IMG/VR virus record: IMGVR_UViG_3300033146_003955 | Coordinates: 94,813 to 158,812 of that record | Direction: 5' to 3' (one strand) | From: a virus | Length of the DNA stretch: 64,000 bases | Shown: positions 9,901 to 20,125 of the stretch, piece by piece | How positions within the stretch are numbered: the stretch's first letter is position 1 | Layout: each line of letters starts with the position of its first letter | Program-made: the position numbers and the translations under genes | The notes under the pieces: generated by a model | Told to the model about the DNA's origin: nothing | The model's database searches: none | What the model saw: the letters and a program-made list of their open reading frames with translations, nothing else

Positions 9901-10872
9901 GGAGTTGTTGTAGCAGGCCTTGCAGTATTAGGAGCCGGGCTTTTATTACTTGGTATTCAAGTCACACCAGTTATTCCCGCCTTATTAGGGGTTGGGCTTG
10001 CTTTTGTTATGATGGGAGCAGGTATGGCTTTGGTTGGTTTAGGGTTTAAATTCTTCAGTGAAGGTATTGCTAAACTTTCAGGTAATATCGGTACTCTTGC
10101 TTTAGGATTAATTCTTACGATAGCTGCTTTTACTGCTTTTGTGACGGCTATAAATTTCTTTATTGTACCGATAGCAACTGCTATTATTGCTATTGCCGCA
10201 TTAGGTGTAGCTACAATAATTCTTGGAGCAGGTATGGCTCTTTCCGGCCTTGGCATGCAACTTATGGCTAAAGGATTTGCATCTCTTACTGAACATTCTA
10301 AGACTATGTTGAATACATCAATAGAACTAGCAAAATCTTTAGTCGCATTAGCTGTTGGTATGGGTATTGCTGCCGCGATTATGATGCCTTTTGTTGGTAC
10401 TTTTGGAGCCGCTGCTATTACTCTTGGTTTATTTGCTCTCGTTGCTTTAAGCATAGGTGCTGCATTTAAAATGATGGGTACTGGAACACAATTATTAGCT
10501 AAAAATGCTGTTGGAGCAATAGAAGGCATAAAAGGAATTAAGTCGGAATTAGGTGGTATGAAAGATGTAGCCAAAGATTATATCAGTTCTATAGATGATA
10601 TAACAACATCATTTATTAAATTGGGCCAGGTTCAAGATAAAGGACTTAAAGGATTAAAAGCATACAAGAAGATTGTTCATGATATTCAAGTTGAAGTTAA
10701 AAAAAGCGGTGATGTTGATAAAGCTGCAGCTCAAATGGATACAGCTAATGAACATTTAAATAAAATATCCGGGTTTACTTCTAGAACAGCTCTTGCAGTT
10801 GAGAAGTTAGCAGATACTGTTAAGGGTGGCGGTAATAATTCTTTTGTAGCGACCATGGAAACTGGTCTTTAA
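6922..10872 (+). CDS. tail tape measure protein
   Basis: 1316 aa, helical Ala-rich N-half, long Gly/Ala hydrophobic repeat region, tail-module context. Confidence 0.85.
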   Translation: MGTMNALKMRLDFLFNTKEAVQGVASLTKGFNNFGNTLDIMKNFIPVHDNMTGSINQISENLKNAVESGKEYGDVLNNYIKSGNSIDGLAGGMERLYEAQIKVGQSIKTAGQIDILTGAVNVLDRAYINAGSSANQLHEILKGFDPKGDRFNFGDQLTEQIIELEGSNEKLAKEFREVNSAAAEFKKNLNGKQLVQYSTLTMKLAEEFAHGTISAKAYTKQLEQLNHRTTFLNQTLPKLKGQLAGLAGGTLSTMTTALGALRIMDDAVSAQAQTVETTHRLALANATVFEGAGENAKSFTKTVMDMNKAVRDVGTQTGVSMTRAAEAMNSLAAARVSDNIDDLNELAITSIRMSQAFGISEGAAADLMRQLVLVGGLDVDSVNAMAEEMADVQAVFGLTAEEATEVTAQVGKVINRMTAMGANSIKNAKIVAKEVAKMTTSFTKAGLSAQDASGMIDRFMDPTKLEDNVLLWHSMGISVADGLAMMTGDASAMEGMTEKLTATAVQLKEQYGGNALALQAMAEAHGMTIQQINQLTNAQERQKNMSAEEIKKMEEQATLESQAEQARQSMKESLTRLAFIGNVLMQTFLMPLIDILTPIASKIAKVAQGFTEFTKKLGPFGGAIRGTMGLIILFTALTKTNLLKLLMPIGKLGEGFGGMFGGIASGAKKGIAALGKFVTLAAGKLKNKALSEGLGKLGSSMQSVAGGDNSKTIKGGASNAIGDKSMDNGTDATSKLSKINGKGLMQVGIGLAAIAAAVFLLALAFKVLVDVVQNASGPDMIKAGLIMALMMVGLGAAAFALGKISAVAGPEIMLLGGAMLMVAGSVAILAGAFWLLNEVIQNDGGWKTFGIMAAMMAILVVAVLALAAAGTAAAVPLITLGGAMLMIAGSIAILGAGLFLIGWGLDKIIQAISKTGKEFAEGAKNMAAGIFSLLIPLGLLGIVGGAAALGLSLFAIAMAVIGLAAMALVMMFNVIKDSITGFVDGLRYISENAGVVVAGLAVLGAGLLLLGIQVTPVIPALLGVGLAFVMMGAGMALVGLGFKFFSEGIAKLSGNIGTLALGLILTIAAFTAFVTAINFFIVPIATAIIAIAALGVATIILGAGMALSGLGMQLMAKGFASLTEHSKTMLNTSIELAKSLVALAVGMGIAAAIMMPFVGTFGAAAITLGLFALVALSIGAAFKMMGTGTQLLAKNAVGAIEGIKGIKSELGGMKDVAKDYISSIDDITTSFIKLGQVQDKGLKGLKAYKKIVHDIQVEVKKSGDVDKAAAQMDTANEHLNKISGFTSRTALAVEKLADTVKGGGNNSFVATMETGL

Positions 10873-10889
10873 GGAGCATAATTAATAAT

Positions 10890-11567
10890 ATGAAAATAAT
10901 AAAATATTTATATGAACCCATACTTGAACTTCAATGTTCTACATGTATGGAAGAGCACACCATGCGTTTTGATATTTGTAAAGATTTTAAAAACGATGAA
11001 AATCATGAAGCTTTATACGTTGATTTAATAAGCGAATATACTCCTGGTTTTTTTGAGAGATTAAAGACTTTTTTTCATTATAGGAAGAATTGGAAAAAAT
11101 ATATAAATGGGAAAGAACAAACATATAACGGTATAACTCTTGATATTACACAAATTAGAGAAATGTACCCAATCTTAATAGACAAACTTTTAAAGTATGA
11201 AACTATAACTTTAAAGGATGTAGAAGAAATAGAAAGTTGGGACAATTTTCCAACTATAGAATATGATAAAGATGGATGGGCAGAACAAATTATATTTAAT
11301 GGAAATGATATTGTTTTATCTATTGAAGCTCACGAAAGTAATGGAAAAAATATAATTCAATTTTTTACTCTTGGCTATAGATTTTATGATGAGATGAAAC
11401 AGAAAGATATTAATAGACGTACATGGTATTACTTGATATATAAAAGTAAGGCAATGATTAGTAATTATGAAGGATTTATTGATTATAATAATACTAAGTT
11501 ATTTCTTTCAGTATTATACTATTTAATTAAAAATATGAACAAAGAAACAAACCAACTCAATAAATAG
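10890..11567 (+). CDS. hypothetical protein inserted in tail module
   Basis: own GCATAATT-N6-ATG element; CxxC near N-terminus. Confidence 0.65.
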   Translation: MKIIKYLYEPILELQCSTCMEEHTMRFDICKDFKNDENHEALYVDLISEYTPGFFERLKTFFHYRKNWKKYINGKEQTYNGITLDITQIREMYPILIDKLLKYETITLKDVEEIESWDNFPTIEYDKDGWAEQIIFNGNDIVLSIEAHESNGKNIIQFFTLGYRFYDEMKQKDINRRTWYYLIYKSKAMISNYEGFIDYNNTKLFLSVLYYLIKNMNKETNQLNK

Positions 11568-11581
11568 CCTAATTTCTCAAT

Positions 11582-11595
11582 TTATCTTAAGATAA
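11582..11595. promoter_or_regulatory. putative late promoter motif AAGATAA (here in palindrome TTATCTTAAGATAA)
   Basis: Same heptamer upstream of genes starting at 1213, 1670, 3761, 4576, 11623, 41555 (+) and 29199, 34269, 54824 (-). Confidence 0.6.
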
Positions 11596-11622
11596 TAGTA
11601 AGTAATAAGTTGAGAGGTAAAA

Positions 11623-14600
11623 ATGGCTAATTGTGATAACACTTCTAATGATAGTGGTAACCTTGGCGTGGGACCAGGTGTTCCAAATCCTAATATTGAT
11701 TCTGAGATTTTAAAACCAGAACAAAATATCCCCCCTCGAGAAAGTTATAAATTGGGTGAAAATTTTTTAGAACCTGATAATAAAGCTCAGAAAGGTATAC
11801 GTACTTTAGGTTCTTTCGGTACTCAAAAAAATAAAAATGAAAATGACTTAACACTTCCAACTGGTCAGAGAATAAAAAATGAACAAGAAATACAGCAAGC
11901 TATAGAAAGAAGAGGTAAGGACGAAGCTGAACCTCAAATGCCTATATCTTCTACAAGTAAAATAGATGAAAAAATCACTCAAATAAAAGATTCTGAAACT
12001 AAAAAATCTGTTGATATTGCTAGCACAGAAACTCGACCAAATAAAAATTTAAATGAAATATCCATTTCTTCAGATTCTAAATTAAAAGAATTAAATTCAA
12101 TAAACATTAAATCTGATTCTAAAAAAGATGAGCAAGAAGTATTAGAAAGTGAAAATAGAGATATAAAAATAGGTGATCAAATAGATTTGGTAAGTAGTAG
12201 ACAGATTAAAGATTCTTCTATTACTATAACAGGTGAAAAAAATTTTAAAAAAGATGAAGTGGTGGAAGATACTAATACTCATGAGAAAAAAGATTCTCCA
12301 TCTATGGAAGTTAGCGGAGCTAACGGAAATCAAGTAAAAGTAGAAAATGATATAAATACAACTGCTCCTGTTGTAAATGATAAATTTTTTAATGAGAAGG
12401 ATTTAAATGTAGTTGATATATTTAAAAATTCTAAAAAAGACGAAGTTGTAAATGTACACGACTCAACTGGGAAAAAGTCCGAATCAGATTTGGGTCCAGA
12501 AGAAGATCACACTCTCAAGTTTGAGATGGATATACCTTCAACAATTTCAGTTAATAAAACTGAAGAAGAAATTGCTGGTACTATACCTACTGAAAAGACT
12601 GAAGAAGAAATTGCAGACACTACATCTACTGAAAAGACTGAAGAAGAAATTGCAGACACTACATCTACTGAAAAGACTGAAGAAGAAATTGCAGACACTA
12701 CATCTACTGAAAAAGATTTACAAGAAATTGCAGACACTATATCTACTGAAAAAGATTTACAAGAAATTGCAGACACTATATCTACTGAAAAAGATTTACA
12801 AGAAATTGAAGAAGCTACAGCGTCTCAGGGTAAACCAACTGATGTTCAAATAACAACAGAAGCATCCAGCTCTGTTAATGCTTCACCTATAACTATATTA
12901 GAAGCAGAAACAGGTGGAAGTGCTTTATCTTATAACGTAAACACTCCTGCTTCAGAACAAATAATAGAGAACGATTATGATACTACCTCGGTATTAAGAA
13001 ATAAAGATGTAGCTGACAATAGCGCCTCTCGTGCAGATTCTGAAGGTAACGTTACTTTTATTGATGAAAATGGGAATGTAAATACAACAATTAGAAAAAT
13101 TAAAGATTCAACAAATACTGTATCGGCGTTAGCTTCTGCTGGTTTTAATCCTACAACAACTAATGGCGAAATTGATACAGAATTGTATGACAATGCTGTT
13201 AAGGTACTATATGAGGACAATGTATTATCTAGTAATTATAGTACAAATAATAATGCTAATAAAAATTATGAATATGAATTAAATACTAACATAAAAGCTA
13301 ATAGAGAAATAGAATCTAATGAAGGTTTACTTGAAAAAGAAACATTAAAACAGGAAACAACAACTGATACCCATTCTAAAATAGGAGATGTGTTATCAGA
13401 TCCCGATCAAAGAAACGAGAGATACGATTATACAGAGTTGGAAAATGATGGGCAGGTAATAAAAGGAAGCGGCGATGCTATCGGTGCAAGAGATTTTAAA
13501 TCTATAGACGTAAGTAGTGATGGAATAATAAATCAAGAATTATATCCTAATGATCCTGTTAATATACCTGAAAGTGCTAATGTCATTGATAAAAATATAT
13601 CTAATATATATCATGAAAATTTTATATATGATGATTTTGGTAATGAAAGAAACACTGATATAAGTTCAGAATCTAATGTTGGTTTATTCGATAGTGAAAC
13701 TCCAAAAAAAGAAGTAACAGATCCAACAAATCAACTAAATTTAGAAAAACCTAATGATCAACTTCAAAATAGGCCAGAATACGTAGGTGATAATAATACA
13801 AATGATGAAATAAAAGGTATAAGAGATAATAAATTAAATGGTATAACAAATGAAAATATCATTCACTCAAATTATGAAGCTTCTATAAAAATTGATAATG
13901 CAGTATTAAATGCTGGTGAAGAAAGAGAAAGTGGTCAAGAAAATACTAATCATGATTATAGTAATTATATAAGTAGCAGAAATGTAGAAAACGATTTTAT
14001 AGATACTACTGTACATGAACAAAACACACCTCGTAAAACAGTTGTACCTCCTAATAATATAATTGGCAACACTGAACCTTTAACCCAATTACAAGACCGT
14101 TCGGAATACGTGGGTGACAACGATATAAACGATAGAATAAAAGGTGTAAGAGATAATAAACTAGATGGCATAACAAATGAAAATATTATTCACTCAAATT
14201 ATGAATCTGAATATAAAATAAATGAAGCAGCTCAGTTTAATGCTGTGACTACAGATGATGTTATTTCAGGTCAAGACAAGAGTAATTTTAATTATGATTC
14301 TGTACAAATTAAGAGACCGTATTCAAAATTATCAGAGAGTACAATAAATTCAGAATCATTTGTCCACGGTGTTACTCAAACTGATGAAACAAATGTTGTA
14401 TACCAAGACGATGATACTGATGGATATACTGGGCAAGTTAATGTCCAAGATGTTCTTACTGTAACTCGATTAGATAGAAACGTTGAATATACACTTAACG
14501 ATATAGATAAGACAAAATTAAAAATAGATGCAACTACAGTTAATAGCGAAGGTGATATTACAGATATTGATTTTAATAATTATAATCAACAACCTGGTGA

Positions 14601-17600
14601 TTTTGATGACGGAAATGCTAACGAATATATCCCCAACAGAGACGCTATAAATTATGTCATAGACGACCCGGCGACAGAAGATGTAAATGAGATGGCTGAT
14701 GCTGCTATATTCCAGAAACAACAAGTTGATAATTTTGACTATACAGATATATTAGTTAAGTCTTCAGGTAAGATTTCTGGTACTCCAAGTGTTAGAGGAG
14801 CAAAAGATTTCAGATATATTGGTGCATCAAAAGTACCTGGAAGTATTGCGACAACTTCAAATCAGAAATATGCTGATCTCTTAGATACAAAAAACATAGA
14901 TTATGGTTCTGCTAAAGTGGAAGAAGCTTTTCTTGCAGAATTTGGGTTGGAAACTATTGAGGAGTGGAAAACTCAAGGTGTTTATTTAGAAAACGTACGT
15001 AATAAAATTGGTGAAGTGGATTTTAATCTATATAGAGAAGACAACAATGGTGATTATTCGTCCATTCAAGAAACAACAAATTTTACATATAGTACGTTAG
15101 CTTCCGATGGTAGTGAAATAACTATCTTCAATATTAAAGAAGGTGATATCGCATCAAAAAATAGTTTCTATAAAACATTAGAAGGTAATAATGAATTTGG
15201 TGAAAATGATTATGCCTTCCCTACAGCTATTGCTATTAATAATAATGTTGATATAAATTCAGATAGATGGCAAGAAACTACATCACGTGATATAATAATG
15301 AGTGATTTATCAGAAGTAGATTGGTTTACATTGGTTGCTGCTGGAATGGGTGTTACGAGTGCTTTAAGTACAGCGTCTAATTTAGTGGATACTATTGAAG
15401 ATCTTAGTAATCCTCAAGGTTTTAGTGATTTCAGTATAAATGATGATACACAAAATGTGTTGAGACGGTTAACTTTCGTAAATGCAGCGTCTATAGTTTA
15501 TAATGTTAAAAGTAATATCACATTAGAAGGTAGTGCAGGTTCAGGTGTTCTTGGTTATGTTGATTCAGTTTCAGAAGTTGCAACTTCATTTGGAGCATTA
15601 CAAAACCACCCTGCTGCATGGACAATGTCTCGCCTAAGAGCTATTAATCCTAAAAATGAACGTGATGTATTACCAGCGACAAATGTTGCTATCCAAGGCT
15701 CACGAGGAGAAGTAAAGGGAGATGCTAGTGGAAATTGGAATGGATGGCTTGATGGTGAAGAGTGGGATATAGAAAATTCATTCGCAGCTAAATATTCTTC
15801 TATGGCAAATTTTCGGGATGCTGTTATAGAAGGAAAAGCTGGCCAGTTAAATATATTTAATAGTGATAGAAAAATACGGCCTAGTTCTGGTACAGAAGGC
15901 AAAGACGCTATGTCTTATGATGAGTGGGACGGTCAATGGACAGAAATTGATGGTATGACTTTTATAAATGAGTGGACTGGAAATGTTAATATAACCGCTA
16001 GTTGGTTACAACCAACAGAATATCAAGCTATTTATAATTTTAGTCAACATGTTAATGGAAAAGATAAAATTGATGTTGAAAAATTATGGAACATCAACAA
16101 AGATCGTACCAAACATAGAAAAGGTGCTTATACTAGTAAGTTGTGGGGTTTGGCAAGTGAATTTTTTACACCAAATGCTGATGGAATTTATAGACAGGAT
16201 CTTAATACTAATATAGAAAGTAATTTCAATTCCGCTAAAGATGATAATATTAATAATTTTCCAGCTCCGTTTACAACAAATAGTATCTATATGGCTGAAG
16301 ATGGTGATACCAAAGGTACGCTTGGAAGTTATAAAATTTTATTTCCAGATGTTGAAAAAGGATGGCACGCAAATAATACCACTTATTATATTAATAAAGA
16401 TGTTTTAACCAAAATAAATGATAAATCGACAAAAATATTTGATGGAATGTTTCATGTTAAATCTGATCAAACCTTCTACGGTGAGTTAATGGCTAATGCA
16501 TCACTTGGTGCCGGTAAAGTAATTTATACAGATTATAAAGGAAAATCATTAAATCCGACTGTAGATAATGAACTTGATATAGATCCTCACTTTATCGATG
16601 CTGGACTTAATGATATATTGATACCATTAACTGGTGTTGAAAATCTTACAGGTAAAGATTTGTTTTATAAAGAATTGATTAAAGATGATAAAAACGAAAA
16701 TTTAGAGGGTTTTAAACATTTTAATTGGACAAATTGGAAAAACAGTCAAGATAAGCATAATATATTTCAAGGGCTTTGGAATATAGATACTATGGCCGAG
16801 GGTAATGAAGCGGTTAATGAACGTATGGCTATCTCTAATATTAAAAGATACGAAACTATAAACATCTTCTATGACGAGTTGATGACTAATAAAACTAATA
16901 TTACAGAAAATAATTATCACCCTGAATATCAAGATGCAGAAGGTAATTTAGGTGATCCTCATCTCGGACAATTTCAAATTGATTATACTACTACTGGTGG
17001 TACAGAAACACCTATATATAATACTGGTATAGCTCATGCGCAAGGCAAAGATTTATTTGCTTATAATATGGCAACACAAACTTTTGGTAAAGAAGAAGAT
17101 TTATTTTCATGGTCACGTATTGGCTCTTTGAGTGAACAAGATACCGATTATAATTATTGGAATATGATGGGTATTATTAATAACGAAAATAGATTGGCTG
17201 GTGGAGAATTTCAAAATATTAAAACAATAAAAAATAGTATAAATATTGTTAATTTTAAATATCGAGGTAAGTTATCAGGTTCAGGATTAACAAATAAGTC
17301 TGCTAATAATAGATTTTCATACGATGATTTTAGATTTATGGATAGTAGTAATCAAATTACTAAAACTATAAATATATTAGATGAAAATGGAGCAATTACT
17401 AACAGCAATCTTGGTGAAGATTTAGCGTTTTTTAATGATGATAATTATGCTCTGTCTGCTCTTGCTGTTAATGTTCCTACTATTGTTGAATATGATAAAT
17501 TTACATTTGGAACAGATGAAACTGGTAGTAGAGATGGGATAACAGATAAATTAATAGAATCAGCTCCTTTCGCTCAATCTGCATTTGGAGGAACACAACC

Positions 17601-18879
17601 TCAACCGGGTAAATATCCAACGATAACAGCAGAAACAAAAAATAACGCATTACTTAATACTATTGCAATTGACATGACACCTCCTGGTAATACAGATAAA
17701 AATGGAATTAATGATAATAGTTTTATTGAAACAGATATCGGTTTAATAAGAAAGGGTGGAGAAGTTGATTTTTATGCATCGAAATATAGTACAACTGATG
17801 GCACAACGCCCTCCACAAGAAATGATTCCGCCAAACGGCCATTAAAGAAAGAAATTAAACCACAATATTATGTTGATAAAGAAGTTGTCAATTATGGCAA
17901 AGGGGTAACGAAAAATGCTGATGGTACAAATGTAAATGTAGTAACAGGAGAAATAACAAAAACAGCTTTGCATGGTGCAATGGTTGCATTCGGTGCTGAC
18001 GTCGACGATAACAATACCAGATTTGTGGCATATAATGACTCTAACTCTCAACTTGTATATACAGATACTCAAAAAATACAAGCAGAAACAAAATCTGATT
18101 TTCATATGAAAATAAAAAATAAACTTGATTTTTTTCTAAAAGATAACAGGAAACAAACTTTAAAAGAAAAATGTATTATAGAAAACTATGTTGACGACCT
18201 AGGATATATACTCGTTTATCCAGATTCTTCAAAAGAATATGATATTAACAATAATATGTTATTTACGATCCCATTTCAATTTAATCCCGAATTATCTGGT
18301 GAAACACGTTCTGCAGCTTGGGCAACACATACCGCTATTGGCCGAACTAATGAATTTCTTGTATGGGGTAATACATCAGCTCGTTCTCTTCAGTTTAAAA
18401 CGACTATTGCAATTATTGCCCCAGAGAGTGGTAAAGATAGCAAAACAGGATCTGCAGATATATCCTTTAAAGATACGTATAATGGTAGTAATGGGCGTAT
18501 GAATCCAATTTATGATGGTTGGGGACAGAGTTGGAATGAAACAAATATGTATAAAGTATTAAATGCGTATCGCGGTCTAGTTTTACCAGTAGATTATTCA
18601 ACAGATAGAGCAGACACAAGTAGTAATATTATATCTCCTCCAGTTTTATCATTTACATTTGGAGAAGATATAACACAAACAAGATATTCAGGAGTTGAAG
18701 GACTTGTTAAATCTAAGTGGATTGCTACTGATGTTAATATCGATGCACGTATTGAAGCTGGATATACTGCAAAAAGAAATCCTAGAGTTTACGATATTAC
18801 AATGACATTAAAAGAAGTATATGGTAATTTTAGAAGTTTTCAAACTCATAAACAACTTATATCGTCTGGAGGACAATAA
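11623..18879 (+). CDS. giant baseplate / tail-tube-initiator-like protein with long acidic N-terminal extension
   Basis: C-terminal IPFQFNPE..ETRSAAW....IGR.....WGNT.ARSLQF...PPVL resembles tube-initiator domains; lies between tape measure and wedge genes. Confidence 0.65.
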   Translation: MANCDNTSNDSGNLGVGPGVPNPNIDSEILKPEQNIPPRESYKLGENFLEPDNKAQKGIRTLGSFGTQKNKNENDLTLPTGQRIKNEQEIQQAIERRGKDEAEPQMPISSTSKIDEKITQIKDSETKKSVDIASTETRPNKNLNEISISSDSKLKELNSINIKSDSKKDEQEVLESENRDIKIGDQIDLVSSRQIKDSSITITGEKNFKKDEVVEDTNTHEKKDSPSMEVSGANGNQVKVENDINTTAPVVNDKFFNEKDLNVVDIFKNSKKDEVVNVHDSTGKKSESDLGPEEDHTLKFEMDIPSTISVNKTEEEIAGTIPTEKTEEEIADTTSTEKTEEEIADTTSTEKTEEEIADTTSTEKDLQEIADTISTEKDLQEIADTISTEKDLQEIEEATASQGKPTDVQITTEASSSVNASPITILEAETGGSALSYNVNTPASEQIIENDYDTTSVLRNKDVADNSASRADSEGNVTFIDENGNVNTTIRKIKDSTNTVSALASAGFNPTTTNGEIDTELYDNAVKVLYEDNVLSSNYSTNNNANKNYEYELNTNIKANREIESNEGLLEKETLKQETTTDTHSKIGDVLSDPDQRNERYDYTELENDGQVIKGSGDAIGARDFKSIDVSSDGIINQELYPNDPVNIPESANVIDKNISNIYHENFIYDDFGNERNTDISSESNVGLFDSETPKKEVTDPTNQLNLEKPNDQLQNRPEYVGDNNTNDEIKGIRDNKLNGITNENIIHSNYEASIKIDNAVLNAGEERESGQENTNHDYSNYISSRNVENDFIDTTVHEQNTPRKTVVPPNNIIGNTEPLTQLQDRSEYVGDNDINDRIKGVRDNKLDGITNENIIHSNYESEYKINEAAQFNAVTTDDVISGQDKSNFNYDSVQIKRPYSKLSESTINSESFVHGVTQTDETNVVYQDDDTDGYTGQVNVQDVLTVTRLDRNVEYTLNDIDKTKLKIDATTVNSEGDITDIDFNNYNQQPGDFDDGNANEYIPNRDAINYVIDDPATEDVNEMADAAIFQKQQVDNFDYTDILVKSSGKISGTPSVRGAKDFRYIGASKVPGSIATTSNQKYADLLDTKNIDYGSAKVEEAFLAEFGLETIEEWKTQGVYLENVRNKIGEVDFNLYREDNNGDYSSIQETTNFTYSTLASDGSEITIFNIKEGDIASKNSFYKTLEGNNEFGENDYAFPTAIAINNNVDINSDRWQETTSRDIIMSDLSEVDWFTLVAAGMGVTSALSTASNLVDTIEDLSNPQGFSDFSINDDTQNVLRRLTFVNAASIVYNVKSNITLEGSAGSGVLGYVDSVSEVATSFGALQNHPAAWTMSRLRAINPKNERDVLPATNVAIQGSRGEVKGDASGNWNGWLDGEEWDIENSFAAKYSSMANFRDAVIEGKAGQLNIFNSDRKIRPSSGTEGKDAMSYDEWDGQWTEIDGMTFINEWTGNVNITASWLQPTEYQAIYNFSQHVNGKDKIDVEKLWNINKDRTKHRKGAYTSKLWGLASEFFTPNADGIYRQDLNTNIESNFNSAKDDNINNFPAPFTTNSIYMAEDGDTKGTLGSYKILFPDVEKGWHANNTTYYINKDVLTKINDKSTKIFDGMFHVKSDQTFYGELMANASLGAGKVIYTDYKGKSLNPTVDNELDIDPHFIDAGLNDILIPLTGVENLTGKDLFYKELIKDDKNENLEGFKHFNWTNWKNSQDKHNIFQGLWNIDTMAEGNEAVNERMAISNIKRYETINIFYDELMTNKTNITENNYHPEYQDAEGNLGDPHLGQFQIDYTTTGGTETPIYNTGIAHAQGKDLFAYNMATQTFGKEEDLFSWSRIGSLSEQDTDYNYWNMMGIINNENRLAGGEFQNIKTIKNSINIVNFKYRGKLSGSGLTNKSANNRFSYDDFRFMDSSNQITKTINILDENGAITNSNLGEDLAFFNDDNYALSALAVNVPTIVEYDKFTFGTDETGSRDGITDKLIESAPFAQSAFGGTQPQPGKYPTITAETKNNALLNTIAIDMTPPGNTDKNGINDNSFIETDIGLIRKGGEVDFYASKYSTTDGTTPSTRNDSAKRPLKKEIKPQYYVDKEVVNYGKGVTKNADGTNVNVVTGEITKTALHGAMVAFGADVDDNNTRFVAYNDSNSQLVYTDTQKIQAETKSDFHMKIKNKLDFFLKDNRKQTLKEKCIIENYVDDLGYILVYPDSSKEYDINNNMLFTIPFQFNPELSGETRSAAWATHTAIGRTNEFLVWGNTSARSLQFKTTIAIIAPESGKDSKTGSADISFKDTYNGSNGRMNPIYDGWGQSWNETNMYKVLNAYRGLVLPVDYSTDRADTSSNIISPPVLSFTFGEDITQTRYSGVEGLVKSKWIATDVNIDARIEAGYTAKRNPRVYDITMTLKEVYGNFRSFQTHKQLISSGGQ
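12556..12808 (+). repeat. 39-bp tandem coding repeat (13 aa, STEKTEEEIADTT / STEKDLQEIADTI), about 6 copies
   Basis: visible in DNA and translation. Confidence 0.9.
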
Positions 18880-19220
18880 TGGCTAAAAAAAATTCGTCTG
18901 CTATGCCTAGTTTTGGTAGAGAGAGTAAAATGGGAAGATATAACTTAATTTTTGATAATAATGTGCAACAGGTAAGAGCTGGCTTTTTTGATAAAACGTT
19001 ATATAAAATAAATACCAATGTTCAAAAGGATGATTTTATTTGGACAGTTGAACCTGGATTTGAATATAGAACAGATTTGATATCTAATAAATTTTATGGT
19101 ACAGCGAAATATGATTGGATTATCGAAGAAATAAATAATATAAAAGATCCTATTAAGGATGTAAAAATAGGCACTAAATTAAGATTTATGTCTAAATCAC
19201 GTTTATTTGGTTTAATATAA
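18879..19220 (+). CDS. baseplate wedge protein (gp53/LysM-like)
   Basis: RTDLISNKFYG...WII.EINNIKDP...IGTKLR. Confidence 0.75.
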   Translation: MAKKNSSAMPSFGRESKMGRYNLIFDNNVQQVRAGFFDKTLYKINTNVQKDDFIWTVEPGFEYRTDLISNKFYGTAKYDWIIEEINNIKDPIKDVKIGTKLRFMSKSRLFGLI

Positions 19221-19230
19221 AGGAGTTAAA

Positions 19231-20112
19231 ATGTCGGTAGAAATGGCTGGAATTTTCCGGGCAGAAGTTTTAGATACATCAATGTTTAAAGAATCAGGTC
19301 GTATTAAAATACATGTAAAAGGTGTTAATACTCCAGAAGCATATGAAATGGCCGCTGTAATGACTCCATTTGGTGGTCTCCCGAACATGGGTATGCAAGC
19401 TCTTCCACCAATTGGTGCATATGGTTTAGTTCTATTTGAGAGGGAGAGAGATCAAAATCCTATATGGATGGGAAGTTTAATGCGGTATTGGGGTGAAGAA
19501 CTAAATGATAATACAGCGCACCCTGTTGAAGCCGAGGACCCCACAGATTTTGTAATTAAAACACAATACACCTCTATTGACGATCAAGAACTAGATGGGA
19601 ACAATAAGGTTGAAAATGTTATAAAAATGAATGAAGAAGCCATAACTCTTTCCAAAATACAGCAAGGTGGAAATTATGAATACCAAGTTGAAGGTTATGA
19701 TTCTAACGAAGAATTTCCAGCTAATACAATAACGATAAAAGATGATGAAATACGCTTGAAGGTCAGAACAGATGGCGATGATGCTGACAGGGTTTTTGTG
19801 GTTAACGGTGACGAATTACGTCTTGAGTGGGGAAGCGATCAAACTATGACTGTAACTGAAGATAAAACTATTATTAAAAATGGCGAAGCAGATATTACAG
19901 TATATAACGATGGTAAGGTTGAAATTAATGCTGAAAAAATACATCTTAATGGTACTGATGGCACTGGAGTATTTTATGAAGGAATACGTGATTTTATAAA
20001 TAATGCATTTAATAGTCATACACACGGAACACCATCAGGGCCATCATCTCCGCCCATAGCACCATATACATCTATATCTACAGCGAAATCCTCAAACGTG
20101 AAGTTATCATAG
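19231..20112 (+). CDS. baseplate central spike (gp5/gpV-like)
   Basis: OB-fold GRIKI...LPPIG...FE....PIWMGS, beta-repeat region, C-terminal HTH tip motif. Confidence 0.8.
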   Translation: MSVEMAGIFRAEVLDTSMFKESGRIKIHVKGVNTPEAYEMAAVMTPFGGLPNMGMQALPPIGAYGLVLFERERDQNPIWMGSLMRYWGEELNDNTAHPVEAEDPTDFVIKTQYTSIDDQELDGNNKVENVIKMNEEAITLSKIQQGGNYEYQVEGYDSNEEFPANTITIKDDEIRLKVRTDGDDADRVFVVNGDELRLEWGSDQTMTVTEDKTIIKNGEADITVYNDGKVEINAEKIHLNGTDGTGVFYEGIRDFINNAFNSHTHGTPSGPSSPPIAPYTSISTAKSSNVKLS

Positions 20113-20125
20113 CATAATTAAATAT

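Noticed and set aside
8622-10574. Long antisense ORFs within the tape measure gene (also within cca and top1)
   Set aside because: Shadow ORFs from codon bias; no RBS or recognisable motifs.
12556-12808. 39-bp repeats (and the 72-bp repeats near 26.3-27.1 kb) as CRISPR arrays
   Set aside because: Tandem in-frame coding repeats with no unique spacers.
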